Below, in pieces: positions 29,673 through 40,270 of a stretch of 64,000 nt of DNA. The translations under genes were made by a program, and so were the position numbers. The notes beneath the pieces are model-generated. The model ran no database searches. It was not told the DNA's origin and saw nothing but the letters and a program-made list of their open reading frames with translations. Location of the stretch: NCBI GenBank assembly GCA_965602015.1, contig OZ271918.1, forward strand, positions 3,805,487-3,869,486, in the 5' to 3' direction. Numbering within the stretch: the stretch's first letter is position 1; every line of letters starts with the position of its first letter. The DNA is from Salinispira sp. (lineage in GTDB: Bacteria; Spirochaetota; Spirochaetia; DSM-27196; Salinispiraceae).

Positions 29673-30937
29673 CGCTTCTGAGATTGGCCTGGCGAAACGT
29701 TATTCGGAATTTTGAGAGGAATTTTCCGCTTCTGTTTTCTATCGGTTTAGCCGTCACCCTCCTTAATTTGCTCGTCGGGTTTTCCTGGGGAATTCAGGAA
29801 AGCCTGCAAGTAAAAGCCAGGAAATACTTCGGCGGCGATGTGGTAATCAGTTCCTATGCCAATGATTCCTTCCCCGTAGTCGAGAATAGCTCCGAGATTG
29901 CAGGGGTAATATCCCGGGCTCCGGTCAATCCTGTTACTGTTGCTCAACGTTCGGTGTATTACCGCAGCGATGCTCGTTTATTCTTTAATGGAATGAGCAT
30001 TGCCCAGCGCAGGGTAATCGGTATCGATGACCAGGAGCTGCCGCAAATTCTGTCTGATCGCGAACTCGTAAGGTCCGGACGACCTGAAAACTGGATTATC
30101 GTTTCCACCCGTGTTGCGCAGATACTCGGCCTTCGAGTTGGGGATGAGGTCACGCTCAGGGCTAATACCGATACGGGCCAGGCTAACACCATAGGTCTTG
30201 TCGTTGAAGGCGTGTTTTCCGAAGAGAGCTTTTTTGGTTTCGCTTCTTACGTGAATCGTTCCGCGTTGAATACCCTTTTAGGTCGTAATCCGGACCATAC
30301 TTCAGAGTTAGCGGTCTATCTGCCGCCGCGGCAGCAGAATGACGGCCCCGGAATACTCCATCGGGAGTTGGCAGAGCATTTTTCCGTTCTGCCGCTTTTT
30401 ACCAGCCAGGTTTTGAGGGATGAAGAACTATCGGCGACCTGGATCGGCAGGCGTTACGGAATTACCCCCCTGGCTGCGCAGCTCAATAGCATTACCTTGA
30501 TTATCAGTTCAATAAACATCATCAGCCTGGGGTTCATTGCCCTTTTTCTTGTTATTACCAGCATCGGCATTAGCAACACCTATCGTCAGGCCATCGCTCG
30601 TCGAAAAACCGAGATAGGAATCATGCGGGCCGTTGGTATGCGCAAACATCAGGTCGGCTCATTGGTCTGGCTGGAAGCCATTTATATTTCTTCTGGCGGC
30701 TGGATTGTGGGAGTCCTCGGCGGACAGCTTTTGGCAGGACTGGTGAATCTTGTTGTTCCCCGGGGCGAAATAAGTTTGCTCAAACTGTTTACGTATGATG
30801 GTAGCCTGAGTTATGTCCTGCCCATTCCCTGGTATGCCATTGTGCTCGGGGTGACAATACTGGCCGGAGGTCTCGGCGTGGCCGTGCCGGTGCTGCAAGC
30901 TCTTCGAATAACGCCCGTCGATGCGATTCGCGACTGA
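29669..30937 (+). CDS. FtsX/LolE-like ABC transporter permease
   Basis: LAWRNVIRN, RKTEIGIMRAVGM, ITPVDAIR. Confidence 0.88.
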   Translation: MTLLRLAWRNVIRNFERNFPLLFSIGLAVTLLNLLVGFSWGIQESLQVKARKYFGGDVVISSYANDSFPVVENSSEIAGVISRAPVNPVTVAQRSVYYRSDARLFFNGMSIAQRRVIGIDDQELPQILSDRELVRSGRPENWIIVSTRVAQILGLRVGDEVTLRANTDTGQANTIGLVVEGVFSEESFFGFASYVNRSALNTLLGRNPDHTSELAVYLPPRQQNDGPGILHRELAEHFSVLPLFTSQVLRDEELSATWIGRRYGITPLAAQLNSITLIISSINIISLGFIALFLVITSIGISNTYRQAIARRKTEIGIMRAVGMRKHQVGSLVWLEAIYISSGGWIVGVLGGQLLAGLVNLVVPRGEISLLKLFTYDGSLSYVLPIPWYAIVLGVTILAGGLGVAVPVLQALRITPVDAIRD

Positions 30938-30971
30938 TACCTTCTAGATTTATAAATACAAAGGAAACAGT

Positions 30972-32141
30972 ATGAATATTACCATTGTCGGCACGGGTTA
31001 CGTCGGAATGTCCAACGCCGTATTGCTTGGTATGAGAAACCCCGTAATCGCTCTGGATATCGATGCTGGGCGCGTTGAAAAAATCAACAGGCACGAAACG
31101 ACGATTATCGATCAGGACATTCAAGAATACCTTAACAACAACACGCTCTCGCTGACCGCCACCACCGATCCGGAATCGGCATATTCCGAAGCTGAGCTGA
31201 TTCTCATCGCCACGCCGACGAATTATGATCCGGTTACCAATTACTTCGACACATCTTCTGTTGAATCAGTATTGGCTGATATTGCCCGGTACAATCCCGG
31301 CGCTCTGACGGTAATCAAATCGACGGTTCCAGTGGGTTTTACCGAATCAATGAGAGCGAAATTTTCCTCCGACAACATCGTGTTCTCACCGGAGTTCTTG
31401 AGAGAGGGCAAGGCGCTGTATGACAACCTTCATCCGTCAAGGATTATCGTGGGTGACAGAAATGCGCGCACCGAGGCCTTTGCCGGCTTACTGCAAGCTG
31501 CAGCGCGTAAAAAAGATGTTCCGGTGCTCTACATGAAAAACACCGAGGCCGAGGCGGTCAAATTGTTCGCCAATACCTACCTGGCTATGCGGGTGGCGTA
31601 CTTTAATGAGCTGGACAGTTATGCCGAGGTTCACAACCTCGATACCCGCAGCATTATCAACGGCGTCTCTCTCGATCCGAGAATCGGCGATTATTATAAC
31701 AACCCGAGCTTCGGATACGGGGGATACTGCCTTCCCAAGGACACCAAGCAGCTGCTGGCGAATTACCAAAGCGTTCCCAATAACATCATTCAGGCCATTG
31801 TCGACGCCAATAGAACCCGGAAGGATTTTATTGCCGAAAGAGTGCTTTCCCGTAAACCAAAAACCGTCGGTATTTATCGACTGACAATGAAGACCGACTC
31901 GGACAACTTCCGCAGCTCCGCAGTTCAGGGGATTATGAAACGTATAAAGGCGAAGGGTGTTTCTGTTATTGTGTTTGAGCCGGCGCTGGAAGAATCCGAG
32001 TTTTTTAATTCGCCGGTAATGACGGATTTTAGTGACTTTGCGGCACGGGCCGATGTCATTATTGCCAATAGAATTACCGATGAGCTCAAACCATATATCG
32101 ACAAGGTCTATACCCGCGACCTTTTTCAGAAGGATGTATAA
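30972..32141 (+). CDS. ugd: UDP-glucose 6-dehydrogenase
   Basis: [48 protein letters not shown]. Confidence 0.95.
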   Translation: MNITIVGTGYVGMSNAVLLGMRNPVIALDIDAGRVEKINRHETTIIDQDIQEYLNNNTLSLTATTDPESAYSEAELILIATPTNYDPVTNYFDTSSVESVLADIARYNPGALTVIKSTVPVGFTESMRAKFSSDNIVFSPEFLREGKALYDNLHPSRIIVGDRNARTEAFAGLLQAAARKKDVPVLYMKNTEAEAVKLFANTYLAMRVAYFNELDSYAEVHNLDTRSIINGVSLDPRIGDYYNNPSFGYGGYCLPKDTKQLLANYQSVPNNIIQAIVDANRTRKDFIAERVLSRKPKTVGIYRLTMKTDSDNFRSSAVQGIMKRIKAKGVSVIVFEPALEESEFFNSPVMTDFSDFAARADVIIANRITDELKPYIDKVYTRDLFQKDV

Positions 32142-32920
32142 TGGTTACACACCGATCTTTGGCAGCTGCGGTTTTTGCGGCGGTCCTTCACATAACAGTT
32201 TTTGCCCAGAGCAATTCATCGCAGAATGAGATTCTGCGGAGCGTGGACAGTCTGGTGAATTACGGGGACTCGGATTTCTCCGCCGAGTACACCATATCCC
32301 AGGAGATTCCCGGAAGACCCGCCAATGTAACCAAAGCTGCGCTCTTCAGACGGGATGATGAGGAAAAGTATCTCATCCTTATTATGGAACCGGAAAGCGA
32401 CAGGGGGAAAGGCTACCTGAAAATTGGCAATAACCTCTGGCTTTACGATCCGGTGAGCCGCCGTTTTACGGTTACCAGCGCCCGCGACCGCTTTCAAAAC
32501 TCAAATGCGAGAAATTCCGACTTCACAAGCTCCACTCTTGCAGAAGATTATCGGGTGGTGTCCAGCAGCACCGAGCGACTCGGGGTGTACAATACCCGCG
32601 TTCTTGAACTTGAAGCCGTCAGCAATGACGTAACCTATCCGTTCATGAAAATATGGGTCGATGAGAACAATTTGGTGCGGAAATTCGAGGACTACAGCCT
32701 TTCCCGCCAACTGTTGCGGACCACCGCCATTCCCCGATATCAGCCCTTGGGCGATTTCTTTGTTCCCACTCAAATCGTCATTGTAGATGCCCTAGCCGGC
32801 GCTGAAGTTAACGGGGTGTTCAGAAATGAGCGAACGGTTATCAGCGTGGCGAAACCAAGCTTCCAGAATCTACCCGACCTGATGTTCACCCAGGCCTATT
32901 TGGAGCGCATCGGCCAATGA
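32141..32920 (+). CDS. Outer-membrane lipoprotein-sorting (LolA-like) periplasmic protein
   Basis: Signal peptide, PESDRGKGYLK...LWLYDP, SDF, KIWVD, FTQAYLER. Confidence 0.8.
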   Translation: MVTHRSLAAAVFAAVLHITVFAQSNSSQNEILRSVDSLVNYGDSDFSAEYTISQEIPGRPANVTKAALFRRDDEEKYLILIMEPESDRGKGYLKIGNNLWLYDPVSRRFTVTSARDRFQNSNARNSDFTSSTLAEDYRVVSSSTERLGVYNTRVLELEAVSNDVTYPFMKIWVDENNLVRKFEDYSLSRQLLRTTAIPRYQPLGDFFVPTQIVIVDALAGAEVNGVFRNERTVISVAKPSFQNLPDLMFTQAYLERIGQ

Positions 32921-34281
32921 GGACAAAGTGCATAACCCGCCGGGGTGTTTTTATCATTCTCACAATAGCTGCAATGCTTCTTTCTCAGACAGTTACTGCC
33001 CAGGATTCAATAGATGATTTGTTTTCCGACCCGGACAGCACGGTGGACGAGCAATCCCCCGACGCCGGGAACGGCGAAGCAGAGTCAGCCGAAGGAAACG
33101 ATGATTCATCCGGGGCTGTAGACATTGCCGCCCTCACCAGCTCAAGCGAACCGATAATCAAGGGCTCGGTGTCACTGGCCGGAAGCCTTGTGCTCGGATT
33201 GAGCGAATGGCCGGATCTCAACTCGGATGCATCCCTTCCTGCCCAGGTGGCAAACAACTTCGACGGTTCTGCCTACTATGAAATGCGCTCGACGATTTCC
33301 GCGGATGTTCGGCCCACCTCATATTTCCGGTTCTTTGTTTCCGGCGCCACCGCTCTCGATGAAGCTTCTTTGAGCTTTCCGACCCCGAGCATTTCCGAAC
33401 TGTTCGTCGATTATACCCTTAGTGAACGCGTGTTCTTCAGGGTCGGCAAACAGGCCGCCGCCTGGGGCCAGGGCCTTCTCATGGGCAATCCGACGAACCT
33501 GCTCGATGATATAGGCTCGAGCATTGCGGTAAAGGCCTTCCTGCCTATCGGCACAAACGGCCTCGACGTATTTATGTACTCAAAAGGCGCGTGGATAAAT
33601 GACTCCAGCAGCCCGGGCCTGCCGGATTTTGCCTATGCAGGCATGCTTGACGGAAGCATCGGCAACTTCACCCTGGGAATCGCCGGCAAGTACAATGCCA
33701 ACGGAAGCAATCCCGTTCCTCAGCCGGATCCGTTGGGAGGCGCTGAAGAGCAGACGGAACCCCTTGGCACGCCGAATCAGGTTTCCGGTTCAGCCTATAT
33801 AAAAACCGCCCTATGGGGCCTCGATGTTTCCACCGAGTTCAGGACCGACTTCCCCGATGACTTCTCCGCGGTGAACTACCGCAGCATTACCAACCTGTTT
33901 TATGAGTACGGAGCCATCGGCCTGCAGGCCATCGGGGAATATTACTTCGCGTACGGCCCTAACCACCTCATTCAAACAAGTTCGGAAGAGCGGGAAATTG
34001 CGCCATTCGGAATACACAGGAGCGCCATTGGACTGCTGTTTTCACGGATAAGCTCCCTGAGAGGATGGAAACCCGGCATACGATGGTTTCATGACTATAG
34101 CGACATGTCCGGCCAGGTAGTGTTGGGAATTACCGGACCCCTGGCGCCAATGCTTTCTCTGAACTTCGCCCTGCCTGTAGTATACGGCGACGAGTTTGGC
34201 TACTACCGACAAAACAACGAAGACCCCGCCGGTCGGGTTATTTCGACCCTGTTCCAGGTTTCCCTGAGCCGGAATTTTTAG
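32917..34281 (+). CDS. Putative outer-membrane beta-barrel protein
   Basis: Signal peptide, acidic linker, ELFVDY...FRVGKQ...WG, C-terminal Phe. Confidence 0.65.
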   Translation: MRTKCITRRGVFIILTIAAMLLSQTVTAQDSIDDLFSDPDSTVDEQSPDAGNGEAESAEGNDDSSGAVDIAALTSSSEPIIKGSVSLAGSLVLGLSEWPDLNSDASLPAQVANNFDGSAYYEMRSTISADVRPTSYFRFFVSGATALDEASLSFPTPSISELFVDYTLSERVFFRVGKQAAAWGQGLLMGNPTNLLDDIGSSIAVKAFLPIGTNGLDVFMYSKGAWINDSSSPGLPDFAYAGMLDGSIGNFTLGIAGKYNANGSNPVPQPDPLGGAEEQTEPLGTPNQVSGSAYIKTALWGLDVSTEFRTDFPDDFSAVNYRSITNLFYEYGAIGLQAIGEYYFAYGPNHLIQTSSEEREIAPFGIHRSAIGLLFSRISSLRGWKPGIRWFHDYSDMSGQVVLGITGPLAPMLSLNFALPVVYGDEFGYYRQNNEDPAGRVISTLFQVSLSRNF

Positions 34282-34356
34282 GCACCATCAACGATAAAAG
34301 CCTTTCAGATATCTACACCTCATTACCGAGTTCCCAAATAGGATGAGATTTTATAC

Positions 34357-35790
34357 ATGCGTCTTCAAAAGATACCGTTTGTAAATAGTTATGGACCACA
34401 GGCTGCAGCGCCACTGTATGAGCCCGAGCTTGAAAATGCAGCACGGGTTGATAACAGCATTAAACTTGAAACGACCGGGAAGGCTTTTTTCAACCAATAC
34501 TACCATATACTGGATGTAAAAAAATGGTTGGAATTCGGGAAGATCAGCGACTTCGGTGTTGAGATTCAGGGTACGGGTAGCGTCGAGGTCACGTTCTTTT
34601 CTATAAAAAAACCAAGGACTCCGATTCATAGTGCAATCACAGACCTGAAAACTAACAGGCTTTTGCATCTTCCGGATACACTGTTTTTTTATGACCAAGT
34701 GTATTTTTCTGTTTCTGCCATAACTTCAGCAAATATTACTTCTTTGCTTTGGGTGGCTCAGCCAGAAGGCGTCGCTAATGTAATAAAGCCCGTAATCGTC
34801 ATTTGTACTTATCAGCGGGAAGAGTATTTACACCGGAATCTCAGAATTCTGAAGAACAATATCCCCGAAGGTTGGGGCCTTTATGTGGTCGATAATGGAA
34901 GAACTATCGATGAGTCGAGTTTTGAACAAGATTATCCTGATTTTCGTCTATTCCCAAACCCAAACACCGGCGGTTCCGGGGGCTTCACGCGAGGGCTGCT
35001 GGAAGCGGTGAACGACTCCGCGGACTGGTCCCACGTGTTGTTTATGGATGACGACGTGGTAATAGAGCCCGAAGCCTTGTTCAGAACAGATGCCCTGCTG
35101 TCCCTTCTCAAAGATGAATACCGGGAAGCCTTCGTCGGCGGTGCCATGTTTAGGCTCGAAAAGCCAACCATACAGCAGGAAAGTTCCGCCCGCTGGAACG
35201 GCTGGAGGATCAAACAGAACCACCACCTGCTGGACATGTCCCGCAGACGGGATTTAGCCAGAGGCTTCTCGGAAGCGAAACACAAAAACGAATATGCGGG
35301 CTGGTGGTACTGCGCCATTCCCCTGCTGCCAGGAATAGAGAAGGACCTGCCCCTCCAGGTCTTTCTCCGTGGGGACGACATCGAGTACTCGCTTCGAAGG
35401 GCGAGTTATATCATTACATTAAGCGGCATCGCAACCTGGCACGAGAGCTTCGAGAACAAAGAGAACCCGGTGGTGTCGCATTATTTGATTATCAGGAATT
35501 CGTTAATCGTGAATTTGAGTAAATCAGTTCCTCTGCACCGCTCTCTATTGTTTGTTGTTTCCCGGTACGTAAATCAATTAAGAATGGGTAATCTGCGTAA
35601 CCTAAAACTAATCCGATATGCAATAAACGAAGTTATTTTTCAACCCGCAAGCGCACTTTCGGGAGTTAACCCATTTGGCAAAATAATGTCGCCGCGGCCA
35701 GGAACGAATATACCCGGGTTTCCGATGCTGCTGATTCACCTGGCGGGACGGTATAAAACGCTAAGGGCGACATACAATGCTCACCAATAA
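34357..35790 (+). CDS. GT2 glycosyltransferase, GlfT2-like (galactofuranosyltransferase family)
   Basis: ICTYQR, NTGGSGGFTRG, LFMDDD, YAGWWYCAIP, FLRGDDIEY, WH. Confidence 0.8.
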   Translation: MRLQKIPFVNSYGPQAAAPLYEPELENAARVDNSIKLETTGKAFFNQYYHILDVKKWLEFGKISDFGVEIQGTGSVEVTFFSIKKPRTPIHSAITDLKTNRLLHLPDTLFFYDQVYFSVSAITSANITSLLWVAQPEGVANVIKPVIVICTYQREEYLHRNLRILKNNIPEGWGLYVVDNGRTIDESSFEQDYPDFRLFPNPNTGGSGGFTRGLLEAVNDSADWSHVLFMDDDVVIEPEALFRTDALLSLLKDEYREAFVGGAMFRLEKPTIQQESSARWNGWRIKQNHHLLDMSRRRDLARGFSEAKHKNEYAGWWYCAIPLLPGIEKDLPLQVFLRGDDIEYSLRRASYIITLSGIATWHESFENKENPVVSHYLIIRNSLIVNLSKSVPLHRSLLFVVSRYVNQLRMGNLRNLKLIRYAINEVIFQPASALSGVNPFGKIMSPRPGTNIPGFPMLLIHLAGRYKTLRATYNAHQ

Positions 35791-35867
35791 TCATTTAAAT
35801 TATCGCATAGGCTTAATCTTTTACTTTATCGCCGCCGGTGCGATTCCATTTATAGGAGTCCGTTCCC

Positions 35868-36650
35868 ATGTTTTTGAAACGTTTCTTTCATGATTTAAGA
35901 AAGTACAAGCATTACATATTTTTTTCGGTTAAATCCAATTTGAAAGCAGAGTTGAGCAACACCGTCCTTGGTTATTTTTGGTGGCTGCTGGATCCCCTGC
36001 TTCATATGATTATTTATACGTTCATCGTGCAGGTCGTCTTCCAGCGCGCTGATTTCGCATTCCCGGTATATCTATTTGCGGCCTTGTTACCCTGGAAGGT
36101 TGCTTCCGTCACACTGAGCAGAGCAACGAACTGTGTCAGGGCGAGCGCTGGAATTGTGAAGCAAATCTATATTCCCCACTTCATTCTCCCGCTCGTCATT
36201 ATTATTACTAACTCGATAAAACTTGCTTTTGGACTTCTCATTCTGCTGGCTATGATTCTGATCTATCGAATACCGCTCAGCTGGCATTTGATAGAATTTA
36301 TCCCGGTCTATATTGTATTTTTTATGTTTTTCTGGGCCCTAAGTCTGTTTCTCACCCATCTCGGAGTGCTTTTCCAGGACATGAGCAATCTTATCGGCTA
36401 TCTCATAATGTTTTGGTGGTTCGCTTCCCCAAGCCTGTGGTACTTGGATATGCTACCTCCCGATTCCCAGAGGCTCATGCATCTTAATCCGAATACCACG
36501 TTTTTTTCCGGTATTCGGCAGGTTTTTATGTATCAGGAATCCCCTGATTACTTGATGTTAGGTATCTGGTTTTTAGTAAGTATCGGGCTTGCCATTATTG
36601 GGTTGGCGGTTATTTATCGGTCTGAGAAAAATTATAGTAAGGCGATTTAA
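35868..36650 (+). CDS. wzm: Polysaccharide ABC transporter permease (second)
   Basis: LGYFWWLLDPLL, six TMs, LNP. Confidence 0.88.
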   Translation: MFLKRFFHDLRKYKHYIFFSVKSNLKAELSNTVLGYFWWLLDPLLHMIIYTFIVQVVFQRADFAFPVYLFAALLPWKVASVTLSRATNCVRASAGIVKQIYIPHFILPLVIIITNSIKLAFGLLILLAMILIYRIPLSWHLIEFIPVYIVFFMFFWALSLFLTHLGVLFQDMSNLIGYLIMFWWFASPSLWYLDMLPPDSQRLMHLNPNTTFFSGIRQVFMYQESPDYLMLGIWFLVSIGLAIIGLAVIYRSEKNYSKAI

Positions 36651-36651
36651 G

Positions 36652-37374
36652 ATGGCGGATTTGGTATTGGAAATCGAAGATGTGCATTTAAGTTACAAGT
36701 ATTATCAGGCTCAAGCCTTAAAACAGGTTCTCCTGAGAAAGGAGCGGAAAAAAGCCCGTAAGTTCGAGGCACTGCGGGGAGTTTCGTTCAATGTAGATCG
36801 TGGCTCGAATCTGGGAATTATTGGTTCAAATGGTTCCGGGAAATCTACACTACTTAGAATAATCGCGAATACCCTCTCCCCGGACAGCGGCCGAGTAATA
36901 AACAGGGCGAAATCCGTTTCGCTTCTCAGCCTAGGGGTCGGCTTCCAACCGGAACTAACGGGGTTTGAAAACATCTACCTTAACGGCTTGTTGCTCGGAC
37001 TGTCGAAAAAGGAAATTGAGCAGAGGATGGAGCAAATTGTCGGTTTCGCTGAGCTCGGTGAGTTTATCCACAATCCCGTTCGGACATACTCATCCGGAAT
37101 GAAATCGAGACTTTCGTTTTCAGTCGCAATCAATGTCGATCCTGAATTGCTTTTAATTGACGAGCTTTTCAGTGTGGGGGATGAGCATTTCAGGAAAAAG
37201 AGTAGCGAACGCATCATCTCACTTATTGAAGATAACCGGACTGTTATTATGGTTTCCCATAACCTCCAGCAGATACAGAAATATTGTCACAAAGCTGTAT
37301 GGATAGATCAAGGTAAGATCATGGGCGTGGGAGCACCGGACGAGGTTATTCAAGATTATTTGAAGACGGTCTGA
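36652..37374 (+). CDS. wzt: Polysaccharide ABC transporter ATPase without C-terminal CBM (TagH/Wzt-like)
   Basis: GSNGSGKST, YSSGMKSRL, IDELFSVGD; ends right after the NBD. Confidence 0.9.
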   Translation: MADLVLEIEDVHLSYKYYQAQALKQVLLRKERKKARKFEALRGVSFNVDRGSNLGIIGSNGSGKSTLLRIIANTLSPDSGRVINRAKSVSLLSLGVGFQPELTGFENIYLNGLLLGLSKKEIEQRMEQIVGFAELGEFIHNPVRTYSSGMKSRLSFSVAINVDPELLLIDELFSVGDEHFRKKSSERIISLIEDNRTVIMVSHNLQQIQKYCHKAVWIDQGKIMGVGAPDEVIQDYLKTV

Positions 37375-37521
37375 TAAATCTCTCTGATTAAACTTTTGCG
37401 ATAACTGCATCAAAAATTAAATGATGTGCAATTTTTGCAACAAACTGTATTTTTGTAATAGTAAAAATATGTTACAAAAAATTGATAATATTAAATACAT
37501 AAGTTTACAAAGGATGAAGTC

Positions 37522-39075
37522 ATGGAAAAAAGTATGATTTTAGATTGCACGTTACGAGATGGTGGTTATTACACTAACTGGGATTTTTCTATTGATCTGA
37601 TAAAAGATTATTTCAAAGCCGTCGACTTATTGCCAGTTGACTATGTAGAACTGGGTTACCGGAATAAGCCAAAAAATGAATATTTTGGCGAGTTCTTTTT
37701 TACTCCTATTTATTTGCTGGAATTAGCAAGAAAGCTCATGCCGAATACCGGTATCGCAATTATGTTTAATGAAAAGGATGTTGAGCCCTCTGATATTGAG
37801 GAGTTGCTAAATCCCTGTATTGATTTCGTGGATCTGGTGAGATTCGCTGTTGCACCCGACAACATTGGGCGTTCAATTAGTAAAATTCAAACCGCTAAAG
37901 CAATGGGATTTAAAGTAGCCCTAAATGTTATGTATGCATCCAAGTGGTTGAATGAACGATTTGATCAGCTCGAGATGGCCGCCGGGGAAGTTGACTTCTT
38001 CTATGTAGTAGATTCTTACGGCGCATCGGACCCGGATGAAATACAAGCTTTAATTACGCGTTTCAAAGCAATCTACAAAGATTCTATTATTGGATTTCAT
38101 AGCCACAATAACCTCGAAATGGCACTTCCTAATACAATTCAGGCGATCAAGAGTGGAGCAGGAATTGTAGATGCTACAATAATGGGAATCGGCAGAGGTG
38201 CGGGCAATCTAAAAACAGAACTTTTGCTTACTTATCTTGAAAGTAAGAAATTACTTAAAGTTGATTTTGAAGTGCTCAGCAATATAATCGAACCTATCAA
38301 GAAACTTCAAGATCATTATCAATGGGGAACAAGCCTGCCTTATATGATCTCCGGCGCCAACTCATTGCCTCAAAAAGATGTAATGGACTTCATTCAAGTT
38401 AAGTATTTCTCCATAAGCAGTGTTGTACGTGCATTGAGAACAGCCAATCCGGAGACACTTGATGATACGCGCTATCCGCTGTTCAATGCAAAAGGGGAAA
38501 CACAGTATAAAAAGATTTTAATCGTAGGTGGTGGGCAGAGTGTTTCTGATCATGCCGCTGCATTAAACTCCTATATTTCAAAAAATGAAGACGAAATCGC
38601 GATTATTTTTACCAGTACCAGAAATGCAAGGTCAATTCATGCTCCTAAAGTCAAAAAGGTATATTGCTTTCTTGGAAATGAGGGGATGAGATTCGAACGC
38701 GAAGTTGAATCATTGGATAGCGAAAGTGAAGACATGTTTGTTCTTCCTCCATCTCCGAGACTTTTGGGAACATATGTACCAAAAAGAGTGAAATCATGGA
38801 CTTATGAGCTGGGAGAGGTAAGCTTTACCGAAGACTATCGTGATTCAAGTTTTGCTTTATCACTTCAAGCTGCTATAAACCTCAATCCTGATATTGTATA
38901 TTTGGCTGGTTTTGACGGGTATAAGGATTTGAATATTGGAGAGAAAGAGAAGCAACTGATAGTGCAAAATGAACACTTGATAGCTCGTTTTGCGGAGAAA
39001 TGTAAGTTAATCTCATTCTTTCCGACAAACTATACTTCATTACCTGTTTCATCGCTCTATCAAGAATTTGAATGA
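37522..39075 (+). CDS. DRE-TIM (HMGL/DmpG-like) aldolase with C-terminal Rossmann-like domain
   Basis: ILDCTLRDGGY, GFHSHNN, GRGAGN; tail IVGGGQS...YLAGFDGY. Confidence 0.8.
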   Translation: MEKSMILDCTLRDGGYYTNWDFSIDLIKDYFKAVDLLPVDYVELGYRNKPKNEYFGEFFFTPIYLLELARKLMPNTGIAIMFNEKDVEPSDIEELLNPCIDFVDLVRFAVAPDNIGRSISKIQTAKAMGFKVALNVMYASKWLNERFDQLEMAAGEVDFFYVVDSYGASDPDEIQALITRFKAIYKDSIIGFHSHNNLEMALPNTIQAIKSGAGIVDATIMGIGRGAGNLKTELLLTYLESKKLLKVDFEVLSNIIEPIKKLQDHYQWGTSLPYMISGANSLPQKDVMDFIQVKYFSISSVVRALRTANPETLDDTRYPLFNAKGETQYKKILIVGGGQSVSDHAAALNSYISKNEDEIAIIFTSTRNARSIHAPKVKKVYCFLGNEGMRFEREVESLDSESEDMFVLPPSPRLLGTYVPKRVKSWTYELGEVSFTEDYRDSSFALSLQAAINLNPDIVYLAGFDGYKDLNIGEKEKQLIVQNEHLIARFAEKCKLISFFPTNYTSLPVSSLYQEFE

Positions 39076-39241
39076 AAAAAGCGTTAAGGTGATCCCGACT
39101 CACCACAAACTGGATAAGTTTCTTAAACACCGCTTGGCAGATCTACCAAGTATGAATCTTACAACTACGTTTAAAGAACTCAAGACGAGTTTTTGCAGTA
39201 GAAATGGATAGTGAGCAAAAAATGAATATGGTAGGCGTAAA

Positions 39242-40270
39242 ATGAGCAAAGTTCTTTTAACTTTCGGTGAAGTGATGATGCGTTTGAACCCAACGGGTGT
39301 TGAGCGATTAGCATTCACTAATAATCTAGAGATGAATATTGCCGGGAGCGAGGCAAATGTAGCAGTTGATTATTCATTGTGGGGCGGAAGCGCACATTAC
39401 TTCACGTCGCTACCACAGAATGACTTAGGCCTTTTTGTGAAGCGCATACTGCGTGGTTACAACGTCGATGTTTCAAGAATCATCGATGTGGAAGATAGCC
39501 GTCTGGGAATTCTATTTTTGGAAAAGGGGAGTAATCTACGGCCTTCCAAAGTGACCTATGATAGGTCTGAATCAGCACTTCATAACTTTAAAGTTTTGAA
39601 TACCGATTTTAGTAGCATTTTCAAAGATATAGATGCTTTTCATGTTTCCGGTATAACACCTGCTTTGTCAGCAGAGCTCGCTGAGTTCACGATAAAATTA
39701 CTTTCAGAGGCAAAACAGAGAGATATCTCAATATCTGTTGATCTAAACTACAGGTCAAAATTATGGAGCTACACGACTAATCCAATGGCCGTAATGAGCA
39801 ATATTTGCAAATACGCAGATTTGCTCATTGGAAATGAAGAGGATTTCGAAAAGCTCCTCGGAATTGGTTCTGATTTTAATGGGTTTTCCGACTCATTTGC
39901 CTATATTGCCAAATCTGTTTTTAAGAAATATCCTAATGTCTCATATGTAGCCCAATCCAATAGGCAAAGTAAAACAGCTGAAAAAAATAATTGGTCTGGA
40001 GCAATCGCAACAAAAAAAACGTCAGCACATTCAACTTTATACTCTATAGATAACATTGTTGACCGCGTAGGTGCTGGAGATTCATTCGCGGCTGGAATAA
40101 TAAGAGGAATGGACCTGTATGGGGATGATTTGGATAAGGTGATAAATTTTGCTGTTGCAGCATCATATTTGAAGCACACAATACCAGGGGACTTTTGCAC
40201 TGTAACAATGGAAGAAATTCTGAGGTTTATGGATCGTGGCAGAGTTGACCTTGGTCGAATAGTACGTTAA
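39242..40270 (+). CDS. PfkB-family kinase, 2-keto-3-deoxygluconate kinase-like
   Basis: FGEVMMRL, GSEANVA, HVSGITPALS, DLNYRSKLW, DRVGAGDSF, LKHTIPGD. Confidence 0.88.
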   Translation: MSKVLLTFGEVMMRLNPTGVERLAFTNNLEMNIAGSEANVAVDYSLWGGSAHYFTSLPQNDLGLFVKRILRGYNVDVSRIIDVEDSRLGILFLEKGSNLRPSKVTYDRSESALHNFKVLNTDFSSIFKDIDAFHVSGITPALSAELAEFTIKLLSEAKQRDISISVDLNYRSKLWSYTTNPMAVMSNICKYADLLIGNEEDFEKLLGIGSDFNGFSDSFAYIAKSVFKKYPNVSYVAQSNRQSKTAEKNNWSGAIATKKTSAHSTLYSIDNIVDRVGAGDSFAAGIIRGMDLYGDDLDKVINFAVAASYLKHTIPGDFCTVTMEEILRFMDRGRVDLGRIVR

